A stretch of DNA of 63,439 bases from an uncultured Acidimicrobiaceae bacterium (GCA_964645875.1 CAZYCX010000003.1:1-63439), one strand, 5' to 3'. Positions 10,559 to 20,624 are shown, counted from the stretch's first letter. The notes: generated by a model not told the origin, from the letters alone. A program made the numbers and translations.

Positions 10559-13500
10559 GTGGCCAGTCCAGGAGGAAACCTCGCAGGAGAGCGGCGAGTC
10601 GTCACCGCCCTGTTCTGTGACGTCGTCGGCTCCACCTCGATCGCGGAGACCCTCGATCCCGAGGATTGGAGCGAGATGGTCTCCGGAGCGATCGACACCA
10701 TGGGCATGGTGATCGACCGCTTCGGAGGCACCGTCACCGATTTCGCCGGAGACGGTCTCGTCGCCCTGTTCGGAGCGCCCGTGGCCCACGAGGACGACCC
10801 CTACCGCGCGGTGAGATCCGGGCTGGCGATCGTCGAGGAGATGCGGAGCGCCCGCGCCCATGGTGGCGTGCTGGAGGTGCGCGTCGGGATCCACACCGGG
10901 CTGGTGGTCGTCGGTGACGTGACCGCAGGACACCGCAACACCTATTCGGCGCTGGGCGACACCCTCAACGTGGCCGCCCGTCTCCAGGCGGTCGCCGATC
11001 CGGGATCGGTCGTGATCTCGTCCGAGACCCGGCGTCTCCTGGGCTCCGACGTCGAGGCGAGACTGGTCGGCCCGACCGAGCTCAAAGGTCGCCAGGAGCC
11101 GGTCGTGGTCTACCAGGTGACCAGCGCCAGCGGGAGTGACCAGCGGCGACGTGGCCTTCCCGGGTTGACCAGCCCGATGGTGGGTCGGCAGAACGAGCTG
11201 GCGACGATGGAGAAACTGGCCATGGCCAGCGCCGCCGGAACCGGACGGGTCGCCGCGGTGCTGGGGGAGCCGGGGGTGGGCAAGAGCCGGCTGCTCCGCG
11301 AGGTCGGGAAGCGAGCCCGCCAATCTGAAGACACGCTTTGGGCAGTCGGCACCTGCGTCGCATTCGACGACGAGCTCCCATATCACCTGGCCAGTTCGCT
11401 GCTTCGCTCACTCGCCGGAGTCGGTTCGTCCGAGTCGCCAGAGGTCGTCGGCAAGGCCCTCGACGACCTCTTGGAGCGAGCCGAGGCGGGCGAGCATGGT
11501 GTGGCCTTGAAACGCCTCGTCGGAGTCGAGGGCGGCGACGAACAGTCGACGGCCGAGGCGTTGAGGGACGAGTACTCGAGGTGTCTCCGCGCCGTCGTAT
11601 CCGGGTTGGCGAGGAAAAACCGGCTCGTCCTGGTGTGCGAGGACGCTCACTGGGCCGATGCCTCCTCCACCGAGCTCATCGCCGACCTGATGTCGACTGT
11701 CCCTTCCCTCCCGGTGCTGATGCTCCTGGTGATGAGACCTGACCGCGGCTCAACCGGGTGGAGTCTTCTCGAGACGGCTCGTCGCGAACTGGCGGAGTCT
11801 CTCACCGAGATCCGGCTGGCCCCTCTCGACGAGGTCGACAGCCGCAACCTCGTGTCCAATCTGCTCGAGGTCGAGTCACTCCCCCCGACGTTGCGCAGGC
11901 TCGTGCTCGACAAGGCGGAGGGCAACCCTTTCTTCCTCGAAGAGGTGGTGCGGATGCTCATCGAAGGAGATCTCGTCGAGCATCGCGATGGGCGGTGGAT
12001 CGGACGCGACGACATCGGCGACCTCGACGTTCCGGAGACGATCGAAGGTCTGCTGGTCTCCCGTATCGACATGCTGGGCCCTGACTTGCGCCGAGCCGGG
12101 CGGGTGGCGTCGGTGATCGGCCGTCGTTTCACCGCACGGCTCTTCGACCAGGTATATGGCACCCGGTCCGAGGAGGAGCGTTCCAGCCTCCATCCCCATC
12201 TCGCCGGTCTCGAGTCGCACGGCATGGTCCAGCTCGAGGAGATCGATCCCGACCTGGAGTTCTCCTTCCGCCACGCCCTGATCCACGACGTCATGTACCG
12301 GGGCCTGTTGCGAAAGGAACGCCGCCAGCTCCATGGGGAAGTCGCCGCCGCGATCGAGAAGGTCCACGCCGACCGGGTCGAGGAGCTGGCACCCTCCCTC
12401 GCCCGCCACTATGCGGAAGCCGGAGTCCCTGACAAGGCGGTTCGCTACTTCTTCTCCGCCGGCCGGCACGCCCTGGCCCAGGGGGCTCGGGTCGAGGCCG
12501 CCCGGTTCTTCACCCGAGCCCAGAAGCTCCTGGAGGCCGACCCCGATTCCGATCCGAGAGACCTGATCGATGCGGTCCTCGGCCGTCTCGGTGCGGGCCG
12601 GGCATTCATCCCTGGACAGGAGGCGATCGGGCTCATCGAAGGTGTGCTTCCGACCGCCGAGGATCTCGACGACCCGAACCGACTGGCCCGGCTCTACGAG
12701 CGTCTCATCTGGACCCGCGGAATACAGGGAGAGTCGTACGCCAATCCCGAGTACCGGGCTCAACTCGACAGGGGTTATGCCCTGACCCCACGTCTCACGG
12801 ATACCGGTACGGCCGGATTGCTCCACGCCATGATGGGCGATGCGTTCCGGTCGGCCGATGAATACGAGGCGTCAGTCGAGCCACTCTCGAACGCGGTGGA
12901 CGCTCTCGAGGACGTGGGCCGGCTCAGTGAAGCCTCCTACAACGCCGCCATGCTCGCCGACTCGCTGACCCAGGTGGGCCGTTTCGAGGAGGCGATGGCG
13001 GCTGTCGACCGGTCACATGACCTGGGGGAGAGGAGCGGCGACCCGAACACGGTGGCGGACGCCGACATCATCCGCGGCTCGATCGCGGCCGATAAGGGAG
13101 ATCTCGAGGAGGCCTTGGAGTACACGAGGAGGGGCATCGAGGGCGCCGAGGAGTACGGGAACACCTTCTGCAATCTGGCCGGCAACTTCAAGCTCGCCGA
13201 TCAGCAGCTCCGCCTGGGTGACGTCGACTCGGCCATCACCCACCTGGAGAAGAGCACGGGGCTGGCCCAGTACTGCGACGCCGGAGGCTACGAGGCCCTG
13301 GGCCAGGCTTGGCTGGCCATGGCCCGGTCACGAACCGGCGACCTCCGTCCCGGAGACTTCGACGTGCCGCTGGAGAACGCCGTCGCCTCCGGCAGCCGCA
13401 GCATGGAGGGCCTGGTGCGGCTCCGACGGGCGATCGCATTCGCCGACGCGGGCCAGGGCGAGAATGCCCGTCCCGATTTCGAACGAGCGATCGAGTTGTT

Positions 13501-13663
13501 CGCCGACTATGGAGGTCTTCCCAACCTGGCTCGGGCCCACCACGCCTACGGGCAAGCCCTCGACTCGGTGGGCCGATCCGACGAGGCGGTCGTGCATCTG
13601 CGCAAGGCCGAGGAGATCTTCGAGGAGCTCGGGATCACTCCCGACCCGGTGACCGCGGCCTGA
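10559..13663 (+). CDS. Class III adenylate/guanylate cyclase - AAA/STAND ATPase - TPR multidomain protein
   Basis: Cyclase core VVTALFCDVVGSTSIAE...FAGDGLVALFGAP...VRVGIHTGLVVVGDV...GDTLNVAARL. Walker A GEPGVGKSRLL. Long helical/TPR-like C-terminus. No LuxR HTH. Confidence 0.88.
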   Translation: MASPGGNLAGERRVVTALFCDVVGSTSIAETLDPEDWSEMVSGAIDTMGMVIDRFGGTVTDFAGDGLVALFGAPVAHEDDPYRAVRSGLAIVEEMRSARAHGGVLEVRVGIHTGLVVVGDVTAGHRNTYSALGDTLNVAARLQAVADPGSVVISSETRRLLGSDVEARLVGPTELKGRQEPVVVYQVTSASGSDQRRRGLPGLTSPMVGRQNELATMEKLAMASAAGTGRVAAVLGEPGVGKSRLLREVGKRARQSEDTLWAVGTCVAFDDELPYHLASSLLRSLAGVGSSESPEVVGKALDDLLERAEAGEHGVALKRLVGVEGGDEQSTAEALRDEYSRCLRAVVSGLARKNRLVLVCEDAHWADASSTELIADLMSTVPSLPVLMLLVMRPDRGSTGWSLLETARRELAESLTEIRLAPLDEVDSRNLVSNLLEVESLPPTLRRLVLDKAEGNPFFLEEVVRMLIEGDLVEHRDGRWIGRDDIGDLDVPETIEGLLVSRIDMLGPDLRRAGRVASVIGRRFTARLFDQVYGTRSEEERSSLHPHLAGLESHGMVQLEEIDPDLEFSFRHALIHDVMYRGLLRKERRQLHGEVAAAIEKVHADRVEELAPSLARHYAEAGVPDKAVRYFFSAGRHALAQGARVEAARFFTRAQKLLEADPDSDPRDLIDAVLGRLGAGRAFIPGQEAIGLIEGVLPTAEDLDDPNRLARLYERLIWTRGIQGESYANPEYRAQLDRGYALTPRLTDTGTAGLLHAMMGDAFRSADEYEASVEPLSNAVDALEDVGRLSEASYNAAMLADSLTQVGRFEEAMAAVDRSHDLGERSGDPNTVADADIIRGSIAADKGDLEEALEYTRRGIEGAEEYGNTFCNLAGNFKLADQQLRLGDVDSAITHLEKSTGLAQYCDAGGYEALGQAWLAMARSRTGDLRPGDFDVPLENAVASGSRSMEGLVRLRRAIAFADAGQGENARPDFERAIELFADYGGLPNLARAHHAYGQALDSVGRSDEAVVHLRKAEEIFEELGITPDPVTAA

Positions 13664-13671
13664 AGGAAGGT

Positions 13672-15105
13672 ATGACCGACCAGACATGTGAAGTGATAGT
13701 GCTCGGAATGGGGACCAGCGGCGAGGATGCCGCATTGAGGCTGGCCAAGGCGGGAGTCGACGTCATCGGCATCGAGGGAAACCTGATCGGGGGAGAGTGT
13801 CCCTATTGGGCATGCCTGCCATCCAAGTCGATGATCCGCTCGGCCAACCTGGTGACCGAGGCGAGGAGGGCGAATGGCCTGGTCGGCTGGGTGAGTGTCG
13901 AGACGGACTGGTCCACGATCGCGGCCCGCATCCGCTCCGAGATCACCGGCGGCTGGAACGACGCCGGCGGGGTAGAGCGGTTCGAGGCCAAGGGGGGCAG
14001 GTTCCTGCGGGGATGGGCCAAGGTCACACAGCCGCACCGTGTCGAGTTGGACGGGATCGGAGTCACCGCTTCGCGTGGGATCCTCGTCGCCACCGGCTCC
14101 AAGCCCATGGTTCCCCCGATACCGGGGCTCGCCGACCTTCCCTACTGGACCAACCGGGAGGCCATCGAGGTGGAGCAGCTGCCCGAGACGTTGATCATCC
14201 TCGGTGGCGGCCCTGTCGGCTGCGAGTTGGGCCAGGTGTTCGCTCGATTCGGAGCCCGGGTCACGATCGTGGAAGGCGAGGATCGGCTCCTCAGGTCAGA
14301 AGAGCCCGAGGTCTCACGACTGGTCGCCGAGGCGCTGATCGAGGACGGAGTAGAGCTTCGTCTCGGTGTGCGGGCGGAAACGGCGAGCGGTGACGAGAGC
14401 TCGGTGACGTTGGAGCTCAGCGACGGGAGCTCCGTCTCGGCGGAGCGTCTGCTGGTTGCTACGGGCCGGAGGGCCGACGCCGACTCGCTTGGTGTGACCG
14501 CGGCGGGGGCGCGGACCGATCGGGGTTTCGTGGCAGTCGACGATCACATGCGGGCCGCCAAAGGGCTGTGGGCAATCGGGGATGTGACGGGCAAGGGGCT
14601 GCTCACGCAGGTGGCCGAGTACCAGGGGATGATCGCCGTCGAGGACATCCTCGGAGGAAACCCCCGACCCGCTGACTACACGGCGATGCCCAGGGCCATC
14701 TTCACCGATCCCGAGGTCGGTGGCGTGGGGATGACCGAGGCCGACGCCCGTGCCGCCGGGCACGAGGTCACCGTCACGGTGAAAGACGTGCGTGCCACCT
14801 TCCGTGGCTGGCTCCACGCCACCGGCAATGCGGGAGTCATCAAGCTCGTGGCCGACAAGGGAGAGAGCCGTCTCCTCGGAGCCTCGGTGGTTGGCCCGCG
14901 TGCCACCGATGTCCTCGGGTTCCTCGCCCTCGCCATCCAAGAGCGAGTGCCCCTGGAGAATCTGGTCAACATGATCTACGCCTTTCCAACCTTCTACGGA
15001 GGAGTCGGTGAGGCACTCGGGTCATATGGCCGGGGTGTGGTGCGTGTGATGGACCCGGACACCCCGCCGCTCTTCGACGACCCGCCTCGCGAGGGCAAGG
15101 CATAG
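13672..15105 (+). CDS. Class I pyridine nucleotide-disulfide oxidoreductase (dihydrolipoamide dehydrogenase / mycothione reductase-like)
   Basis: VIVLGMGTSGEDAA FAD motif, redox-active GGECPYWACLPSK (CxxxxC), second Rossmann motif ILGGGPVGCELG. ATG 13672 is preceded by gaaggaagg. The ORF-track extension to 13309 overlaps the upstream gene. Confidence 0.9.
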   Translation: MTDQTCEVIVLGMGTSGEDAALRLAKAGVDVIGIEGNLIGGECPYWACLPSKSMIRSANLVTEARRANGLVGWVSVETDWSTIAARIRSEITGGWNDAGGVERFEAKGGRFLRGWAKVTQPHRVELDGIGVTASRGILVATGSKPMVPPIPGLADLPYWTNREAIEVEQLPETLIILGGGPVGCELGQVFARFGARVTIVEGEDRLLRSEEPEVSRLVAEALIEDGVELRLGVRAETASGDESSVTLELSDGSSVSAERLLVATGRRADADSLGVTAAGARTDRGFVAVDDHMRAAKGLWAIGDVTGKGLLTQVAEYQGMIAVEDILGGNPRPADYTAMPRAIFTDPEVGGVGMTEADARAAGHEVTVTVKDVRATFRGWLHATGNAGVIKLVADKGESRLLGASVVGPRATDVLGFLALAIQERVPLENLVNMIYAFPTFYGGVGEALGSYGRGVVRVMDPDTPPLFDDPPREGKA

Positions 15106-15135
15106 AGGTGGTCTCTCAGGGTCTCGACGCCTCCG

Positions 15136-15522
15136 TCAGATGAGACCGCGGGCTTCGAGAAGAGGTCGGGAGAGCCGTTTGGGGACCCGGTCGACCCAAG
15201 CCTCGACGATCAGCTCTTCGAGTTCGGCTGCAGACACCTCCTCCAGCCGGATCAATATGGCCCGGTAGCCGTCGAAGTGGGGGGTGGTGAAGTAGATCCC
15301 GCGTCCATCGGCCAAGAGCGCCTCCTTCGCCTCGAGGCCGGGGAGCCATACCGCCAGTATGTCCCCGGAGGGCGCTGCGACGCCCAGAGCCTCGTGGTCG
15401 GACTTCCGTAGCGGACGCTCCCACGCGACCAGCTTGCCGCGGACCCGCCATTCGTTTCCACGAGTTTCGATCTCCGGCAGGCTGTAGGTGGCGATCTCGT
15501 GCACTTGGTCCCAGGTCGCCAT
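15136..15522 (-). CDS. MmcQ/YjbR-like family protein (family call tentative)
   Basis: WRVRGKLVAWERP...YFTTPHFDGYRAILIRLEEVSAAELEELIVEAW resembles YjbR-type proteins. Start moved to MATWDQ (ATG 15522) to avoid overlap with the upstream stop at 15537. Confidence 0.6.
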   Translation of the reverse strand: MATWDQVHEIATYSLPEIETRGNEWRVRGKLVAWERPLRKSDHEALGVAAPSGDILAVWLPGLEAKEALLADGRGIYFTTPHFDGYRAILIRLEEVSAAELEELIVEAWVDRVPKRLSRPLLEARGLI

Positions 15523-15536
15523 CGGGCCGGCGATTT

Positions 15537-16676
15537 TCAGAGACTCGTGGACTCGGTGAGGCCGAGTTCTTGGGAACGCTGCAGCCACCGGCTGATGTCA
15601 CGGGGGCTGATGATCCCGATGACCTGCCCGTCGTCGACGATCACCACCCGGCGGAGATCCCCACTCATCAGCTTTCCCACCACCTCGTCGAGGGGCTCGG
15701 ATGGACCGACCGTGCAGGCATCACCGAGAGGCTCGGCTTCGGCGCGGACCAATCTCTCGTGCCACTCCTCCTGGGGGATGGCGCGGATTGCGTTCATGGT
15801 CAGGATGCCCACGGTGTGTTCGCCATCGCGGACCGGGAAGGCGTTGAAGTCGTGGCTCATGAAGTAATCGTCCACGGCTTGACGAATGGAGAGATGGGCA
15901 GGTATCTCGACGATTCCGCCGGTCATGATCCTCGAGGCGGGGACCTCGGCGAGGACACGGCGCATCTGGAGCTGCAGGAAGGAAGCCTGCGCGGCCTGGG
16001 ACAGGAACCAGCCGATCGCGATGAACCAGAGACCCCCGACGAGAGCGCCGAGAAAGAGGATCTGGAGGACGCCGAGGCCAATGAGGCCGTATCCGACGAA
16101 CTGGCCGCCGCGCGCCGCCACGCGTGTGGCGCCAACGAGGTCTCCAGAGCGTCGCCACACAATGGAGCGCAACACCCGCCCACCGTCGAGGGGGAAGCCG
16201 GGAACCATGTTGAAGACGCCCAGTGCGAGGTTGATCCAGCCGAGATGCCCGGCGACGAATCCGCCGACCGTTCCCGGCCCGAACGCCAGCGCTACCAGCC
16301 AGAACCCGGCGGCCAAGACGACGCTGGTGAGCGGCCCCACCACGGCGATGACCAACTCGTCGGTCGGCTCCTTGGTCTCGAGGTCGGCCTTCGTGGCGCC
16401 GCCGAAGAGGAACAGGGTGATGTTCTCGACCTCGACACCGCGCGCCACCGCGACCCAGCTATGCGCCAACTCATGGAGCAGGACGCTGGCGAAGAAGATG
16501 AGCGCCATGCCGGCGGAGAGGATCACCATCTCCGCAGTGCCCATCCCGTCGAAGCGGAACTGGATGGCCAGGAAGAACGAATAGGCGATGAGGAAGGCGA
16601 TGAAGCTCCACGAAGGATCGATTCGGATCTCGATGCCGCCGAGTCTCCCGATCGCCCACGAATTGCGCCCGAACAT
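15537..16676 (-). CDS. Site-2 protease (M50) family metalloprotease with C-terminal CBS pair
   Basis: HELAHSWVA (HExxH), multiple TM segments, GFPLDGG motif, CBS-like tail (IMTGGIVEIP...VIVDDGQVIGIISPRDI). Confidence 0.9.
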   Translation of the reverse strand: MFGRNSWAIGRLGGIEIRIDPSWSFIAFLIAYSFFLAIQFRFDGMGTAEMVILSAGMALIFFASVLLHELAHSWVAVARGVEVENITLFLFGGATKADLETKEPTDELVIAVVGPLTSVVLAAGFWLVALAFGPGTVGGFVAGHLGWINLALGVFNMVPGFPLDGGRVLRSIVWRRSGDLVGATRVAARGGQFVGYGLIGLGVLQILFLGALVGGLWFIAIGWFLSQAAQASFLQLQMRRVLAEVPASRIMTGGIVEIPAHLSIRQAVDDYFMSHDFNAFPVRDGEHTVGILTMNAIRAIPQEEWHERLVRAEAEPLGDACTVGPSEPLDEVVGKLMSGDLRRVVIVDDGQVIGIISPRDISRWLQRSQELGLTESTSL

Positions 16677-16781
16677 GTCTACGAACCTACCCGGCTCCGG
16701 TCGACGAGAAACTGTGTCGGCCGGTACGGGTCCGGTCCATCGTCGAGTGGCGAACGGGTGGAGTCGAGGTCCCCGGGACGG

Positions 16782-17822
16782 TCATTGGACAGCAGCGTCC
16801 CGTGGCGCCGGGAAGGCCGTGGCGCGCTGGACCGACACCGAAACCGGGTCGCCGGGCTCGAGGTAGGGGGTGGGGCCGAGCCGGGCCCGAATCTGGTGAC
16901 CCTCCTTCAGGGTCACCGTGACCAACTGGTCGTGACCGAAGAACTGACGCTGCCGGACCACGGCGCTGCCCGACTCGTTCGGGGAGAGAACGACGGACTC
17001 CGGGCGGATCATGACCCGGACCGAGCCCTCGAGATCGGTGGGAAACACGCCCACCGGTGTGGTGACCCGCCCAGACACGGCATGGCCGGCGAAGAAGTCG
17101 GCGTCACCGAGGAAACCGGCGACCCATTCGTCGATGGGGTCGTGATACAGATCGCCAGGGCGCGCCGCCTGGACGACCTGTCCGGCTCTCATCACCGCGA
17201 CGAAGTCGCTGGTGGACAGAGCCTCCTCCTGGTCGTGGGTAACGAACACGGCCGTGGTGCCGGCGGTGCGGAGTATGTCGGCGACCTCGGTGCGTACCCG
17301 AGCCCGGAGGGAGGCATCGAGATTGGAGAACGGCTCGTCGAGGAGGATGACGCTCGGCTCGGGGGCCAGAGCGCGGGCCAGGGCGACTCGCTGCTGCTCG
17401 CCGCCGGAGAGCTCGTTGGGGAGACGATGCTCCTTGCCGCTCAGACCGACGAGCTCGAGTGTCTCGGCCACCCGACGTTTGCGGACGTCTCTCCCCACGC
17501 CGTAGCCGACGTTCCGGGCCACGGTGAGATGGGGGAAGAGGGCGTAGTCCTGGAAGACCATTCCGACCCGACGCTTCTCCGGCGGAACGAACGTGGTCTC
17601 ATCGGCGACCATGTCACCACCGACCTCGATCGAGCCTTGGTCCGGCCTGTCGAAGCCGGCGATCAGACGCAGTGCGGTCGTCTTCCCCGAGCCAGAGGGT
17701 CCCAGGAGAGTCATCACATGGCCGGCATGGACGTCCAGATTGAAGCCGTCGAGTGCCATCACGTCGCCGAAACGTCGGTCGACGTGGCGTGCTCTGATGG
17801 CGAGTGTGTATCCGTCGGACAT
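16782..17822 (-). CDS. ABC transporter ATP-binding protein, FbpC/PotA type with C-terminal TOBE-like domain
   Basis: GPSGSGKTT (Walker A), LSGGEQQRVALARAL (signature), ILLDEPFSNLD (Walker B). ATG 17822 lies 2 nt after the permease stop. Confidence 0.92.
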   Translation of the reverse strand: MSDGYTLAIRARHVDRRFGDVMALDGFNLDVHAGHVMTLLGPSGSGKTTALRLIAGFDRPDQGSIEVGGDMVADETTFVPPEKRRVGMVFQDYALFPHLTVARNVGYGVGRDVRKRRVAETLELVGLSGKEHRLPNELSGGEQQRVALARALAPEPSVILLDEPFSNLDASLRARVRTEVADILRTAGTTAVFVTHDQEEALSTSDFVAVMRAGQVVQAARPGDLYHDPIDEWVAGFLGDADFFAGHAVSGRVTTPVGVFPTDLEGSVRVMIRPESVVLSPNESGSAVVRQRQFFGHDQLVTVTLKEGHQIRARLGPTPYLEPGDPVSVSVQRATAFPAPRDAAVQ

Positions 17823-17824
17823 GG

Positions 17825-19438
17825 TCAATCGTGCAGGTCGCGAGCGACGAGGAAATACAGGGGCACGGCCGAGACGGCGACGAGCGCCAACGCGGCCACA
17901 CTCGCCTGAGTGTAGAAGAGCTCGGACGATGCACTCCAGATCCGCACCGCCAGCGTCTCGAATCCGGTGGGTCGGAGCAGGAGAGTCGCCGGCAGCTCTT
18001 TCATGACGGTCAGGAAGACCAGAGCCCCTCCGGCCAGCAGCGAAGGCCACAGCAAGGGGAGTGTTATGTGCCGGAGAGTCCCCAATGCGCCCGCTCCCAG
18101 ACCGCGACTCGCCTCCTCGAGGCTGGTACCGATCTGTCGGAGGCCGGTCTGGGCCGCGGAGAGCGCCTGGGGGAGAAACATCGCCACATAGGCGATGAGG
18201 AGTAGGGGGACGGTTTGGTACAAGGGCGGCACGAAGCGGAGGGCGAGGATCAGGAACCCGAGCCCAACCGCCAGGTGGGGAAGCGAGTAGGTCGACCAGG
18301 TGACCGACTCGAGGAGCCGGGTCCTGCGGTTGGCGTGGCGAATGGTGAGGATGGCGAGCGGGATGGCGGCGACGATGGTCACCACCGCAGCACCCCCTGC
18401 CACCGATGTCGATCGCACCAGCTCGGCGATCACCGAGTCGACCGGGCTCCCCAATGAGATTCCGCGAACGGTCCACCAGGCCAGGGTGAGTAGAGGCAGG
18501 ACCAGCGCACCGATCACGACCGTGGCGAGGAAGGCGTAGGCGGCGAGTCGGGCGAAGCCGTGCAGCCGCACCGTTTCGGGGGGCCGGGTGGGCCGGGTCG
18601 CCGCCAAGGCGGCCCGTCCCCGAACCCGCTGCTCGGCCCACACCAGGGACAGGGCCACCAGGATCAGGACCCCGGAGAGGAACATCGCCGGCGTCACGTC
18701 GAGTCGCCCCCGGAACTGGGCGTAGATGGCGCGGGTGAAGGTCTCGTACCTGAGCAGGGACACCGCTCCGAAGTCGGACAGGACGTAGAGAGAGACGAGC
18801 AGCGAGCCACTGAGGAGCGCCGGGCGCAGTTGGGGGAGAACCACGGTGCGCAGGGTCTTCCACCGTGACGAGCCCAGGCTCCGTGCCACCTCCTCGAGAG
18901 AGGGATCCATGCGACGGATGGCGGGAACTCCGAGAAGGTGGACGTAGGAGAAGTTCCAAAGGCTCAGGGCTCCCCAGGTGGCCCAAAAACCGGCGAAGAC
19001 GGGCAGGCCGGGGAGACCGACGGCACGCAGCGCCTCGGTGATGAGGCCGCTGTTGCCGGACGTGCCCAGCATGGCGAGGGCGCCGACGTATGACGGGATG
19101 ACCAGGGGCAACGTCACCAGCGTCGACCACATCCTCCGCCTGGCGAGGTCGGTCCGGGTGGTCAGCCAGGCGGTGGCGGTGCCCAGGAGCGCGGTGGTGA
19201 CGGTTACCGCCGCCACCAGCACCGCCGTCGAGAGAAAGAGCGACCACAGTCGGCTGGCCGGGATCCCGCTGGTGTCGGTCACGCCGGCGCGCAACACCGT
19301 CCAGAGGAGATAGACGATCGGCGAGACTGCCGGGACCACCGCGACCAGGCCGAGGACCCACAACGCGAGCGGAGCCCTCTCCCGTCTGACGGGAGAGGGC
19401 TTGCGCTCGGTGCCCCGAGGGGGGGCTATGGCTGTCAT
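17825..19438 (-). CDS. ABC transporter permease, duplicated (12-TM) FbpB/ThiP type
   Basis: 537 aa with two tandem BPD-type permease halves. Confidence 0.9.
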   Translation of the reverse strand: MTAIAPPRGTERKPSPVRRERAPLALWVLGLVAVVPAVSPIVYLLWTVLRAGVTDTSGIPASRLWSLFLSTAVLVAAVTVTTALLGTATAWLTTRTDLARRRMWSTLVTLPLVIPSYVGALAMLGTSGNSGLITEALRAVGLPGLPVFAGFWATWGALSLWNFSYVHLLGVPAIRRMDPSLEEVARSLGSSRWKTLRTVVLPQLRPALLSGSLLVSLYVLSDFGAVSLLRYETFTRAIYAQFRGRLDVTPAMFLSGVLILVALSLVWAEQRVRGRAALAATRPTRPPETVRLHGFARLAAYAFLATVVIGALVLPLLTLAWWTVRGISLGSPVDSVIAELVRSTSVAGGAAVVTIVAAIPLAILTIRHANRRTRLLESVTWSTYSLPHLAVGLGFLILALRFVPPLYQTVPLLLIAYVAMFLPQALSAAQTGLRQIGTSLEEASRGLGAGALGTLRHITLPLLWPSLLAGGALVFLTVMKELPATLLLRPTGFETLAVRIWSASSELFYTQASVAALALVAVSAVPLYFLVARDLHD

Positions 19439-19457
19439 CGGTTCATGGGGTGGCCAT

Positions 19458-20540
19458 CTAGTTCAATCCGGATTCCGAGATCAGGTTGAGGGCAGGTTCG
19501 AGCGTGTCGGCGGTGTCGGTGAGACTGATGTCGAAGACCGGGAGAGCATCGAGGTCGGGCTGGCCCTCGGGGGTGCCCCCGCCCTCGACGAGTGGATACT
19601 CGAAGAGGCCGAGGAAGTGCTCCTGGCTCTCGGCCGAGAGCAAGTGCCGGATCAGATCGGCCGCCGCCTCCGGCTGGTCCGTGACCGCGAGGATCCCCGC
19701 ACCGGTGGCCATCACCATGCTTCCCGGGTCTCCGTCACCGAAGTAGTGATTGGAGGCGGGTACGTCGCCCAGCTCGGCGATGCGTTGGAGCAGGTAATAG
19801 TGGTTGACCAGCCCCCCGGGGAGATCGCCGGCGACGGTGGCGTCGACGATGGGCCCGTTGCCCTCGAAGATCACCGGGTTGTTCGCCGCGATGCCCTCGA
19901 GCCACTCCCGGGTCGTCTCCTCGCCCTCGGCGAGCAGCATTCCCGTGACGAACGCCACGAACGATCCATTGGTGGGGGCCACGCCGAAGCGGCCGTTCCA
20001 TTCGGGCTCGACCAGGTCCCACACCGTTGCCGGCAGCTCCGCTTCGTCGACCAGGTCGGTGTTGTAGACGAAGACCCGGCTACGCCCGGTGATACCGACC
20101 CATCGGTTGTCGGCATCACGGAAACGGTCCGCGACCAGGCTGGTGATGTCGTCGGGGAGCTCGGCGAGCAGACCTTCCTTGGCGATGCCACCGATGAAGG
20201 CAGGGTCCTGAGCCCAAAACACATCGGCAGGAGTGCCCTCGCCTTCGGCGAGAATCGTGGTGGCCAGCTCCCCGGTACCCGCATACCGGACTTCGACTTC
20301 GATGCCGGTGGCGGCGGTGAACGCGGCTATGGCGGGCTCGACGAAGTTCTCGTTCCTACCCGAGTACAGGATCAGGGGCGCGGTCTGAGCCTGGGTGGTC
20401 TCCGGTGTCGGCGTCGTCGTCTGCGACGGAGCAGTCGTCGTGGTGTCGGACGGGCCGGCGGGGGTGGTTTCGGGTCCTCCGCCTCCACCACACGCCGCCA
20501 GCATCGCCATCGCGACGAGGATGGTGGCGATCCGTTTCAC
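19458..20540 (-). CDS. Extracellular solute-binding lipoprotein, Fe(III)/thiamine-type (FbpA/AfuA-like)
   Basis: Lipobox MAMLAACGGG, Thr/Pro-rich linker, ILYSGRNE...YAGTGEL...VFWAQDP pattern typical of the family. Confidence 0.85.
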   Translation of the reverse strand: MKRIATILVAMAMLAACGGGGGPETTPAGPSDTTTTAPSQTTTPTPETTQAQTAPLILYSGRNENFVEPAIAAFTAATGIEVEVRYAGTGELATTILAEGEGTPADVFWAQDPAFIGGIAKEGLLAELPDDITSLVADRFRDADNRWVGITGRSRVFVYNTDLVDEAELPATVWDLVEPEWNGRFGVAPTNGSFVAFVTGMLLAEGEETTREWLEGIAANNPVIFEGNGPIVDATVAGDLPGGLVNHYYLLQRIAELGDVPASNHYFGDGDPGSMVMATGAGILAVTDQPEAAADLIRHLLSAESQEHFLGLFEYPLVEGGGTPEGQPDLDALPVFDISLTDTADTLEPALNLISESGLN

Positions 20541-20586
20541 TTGCTGTTCCTTTCGTGTGAGTGCAACGGGCGCGGACCATAAATTC

Positions 20587-20602
20587 CACTATCCGGATAG
20601 TG
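20587..20602. promoter_or_regulatory. Perfect 16-bp palindrome CACTATCCGGATAGTG upstream of the ABC importer operon (candidate operator)
   Basis: Lies 47-62 nt upstream of the SBP start in the only AT-rich patch of this intergenic region. On the minus strand it is immediately preceded by gataat. Confidence 0.4.
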
Positions 20603-20624
20603 CAAATTATCTCACGTCTCGGGT

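Noticed and set aside
13309-13671. N-terminal extension of the disulfide oxidoreductase (598-aa ORF)
   Set aside because: The extension overlaps the 3-prime end of the cyclase-STAND gene in another frame and is Arg-rich nonsense. ATG 13672 has a good RBS and starts exactly at the FAD-binding motif.
15570-17909. 779-aa ORF on the plus strand
   Set aside because: It is antisense to the M50 protease and the ABC ATPase genes. It has no recognisable domain and the Asp/Gly/Arg/Glu-rich composition of a shadow ORF.
16782-19361. 859-aa ORF read as a single gene
   Set aside because: Only the C-terminal 347 aa (from ATG 17822) are ABC-ATPase-like. The N-terminal 500 aa are out-of-frame read-through across the permease gene (17825..19438), which has a proper polytopic membrane sequence.
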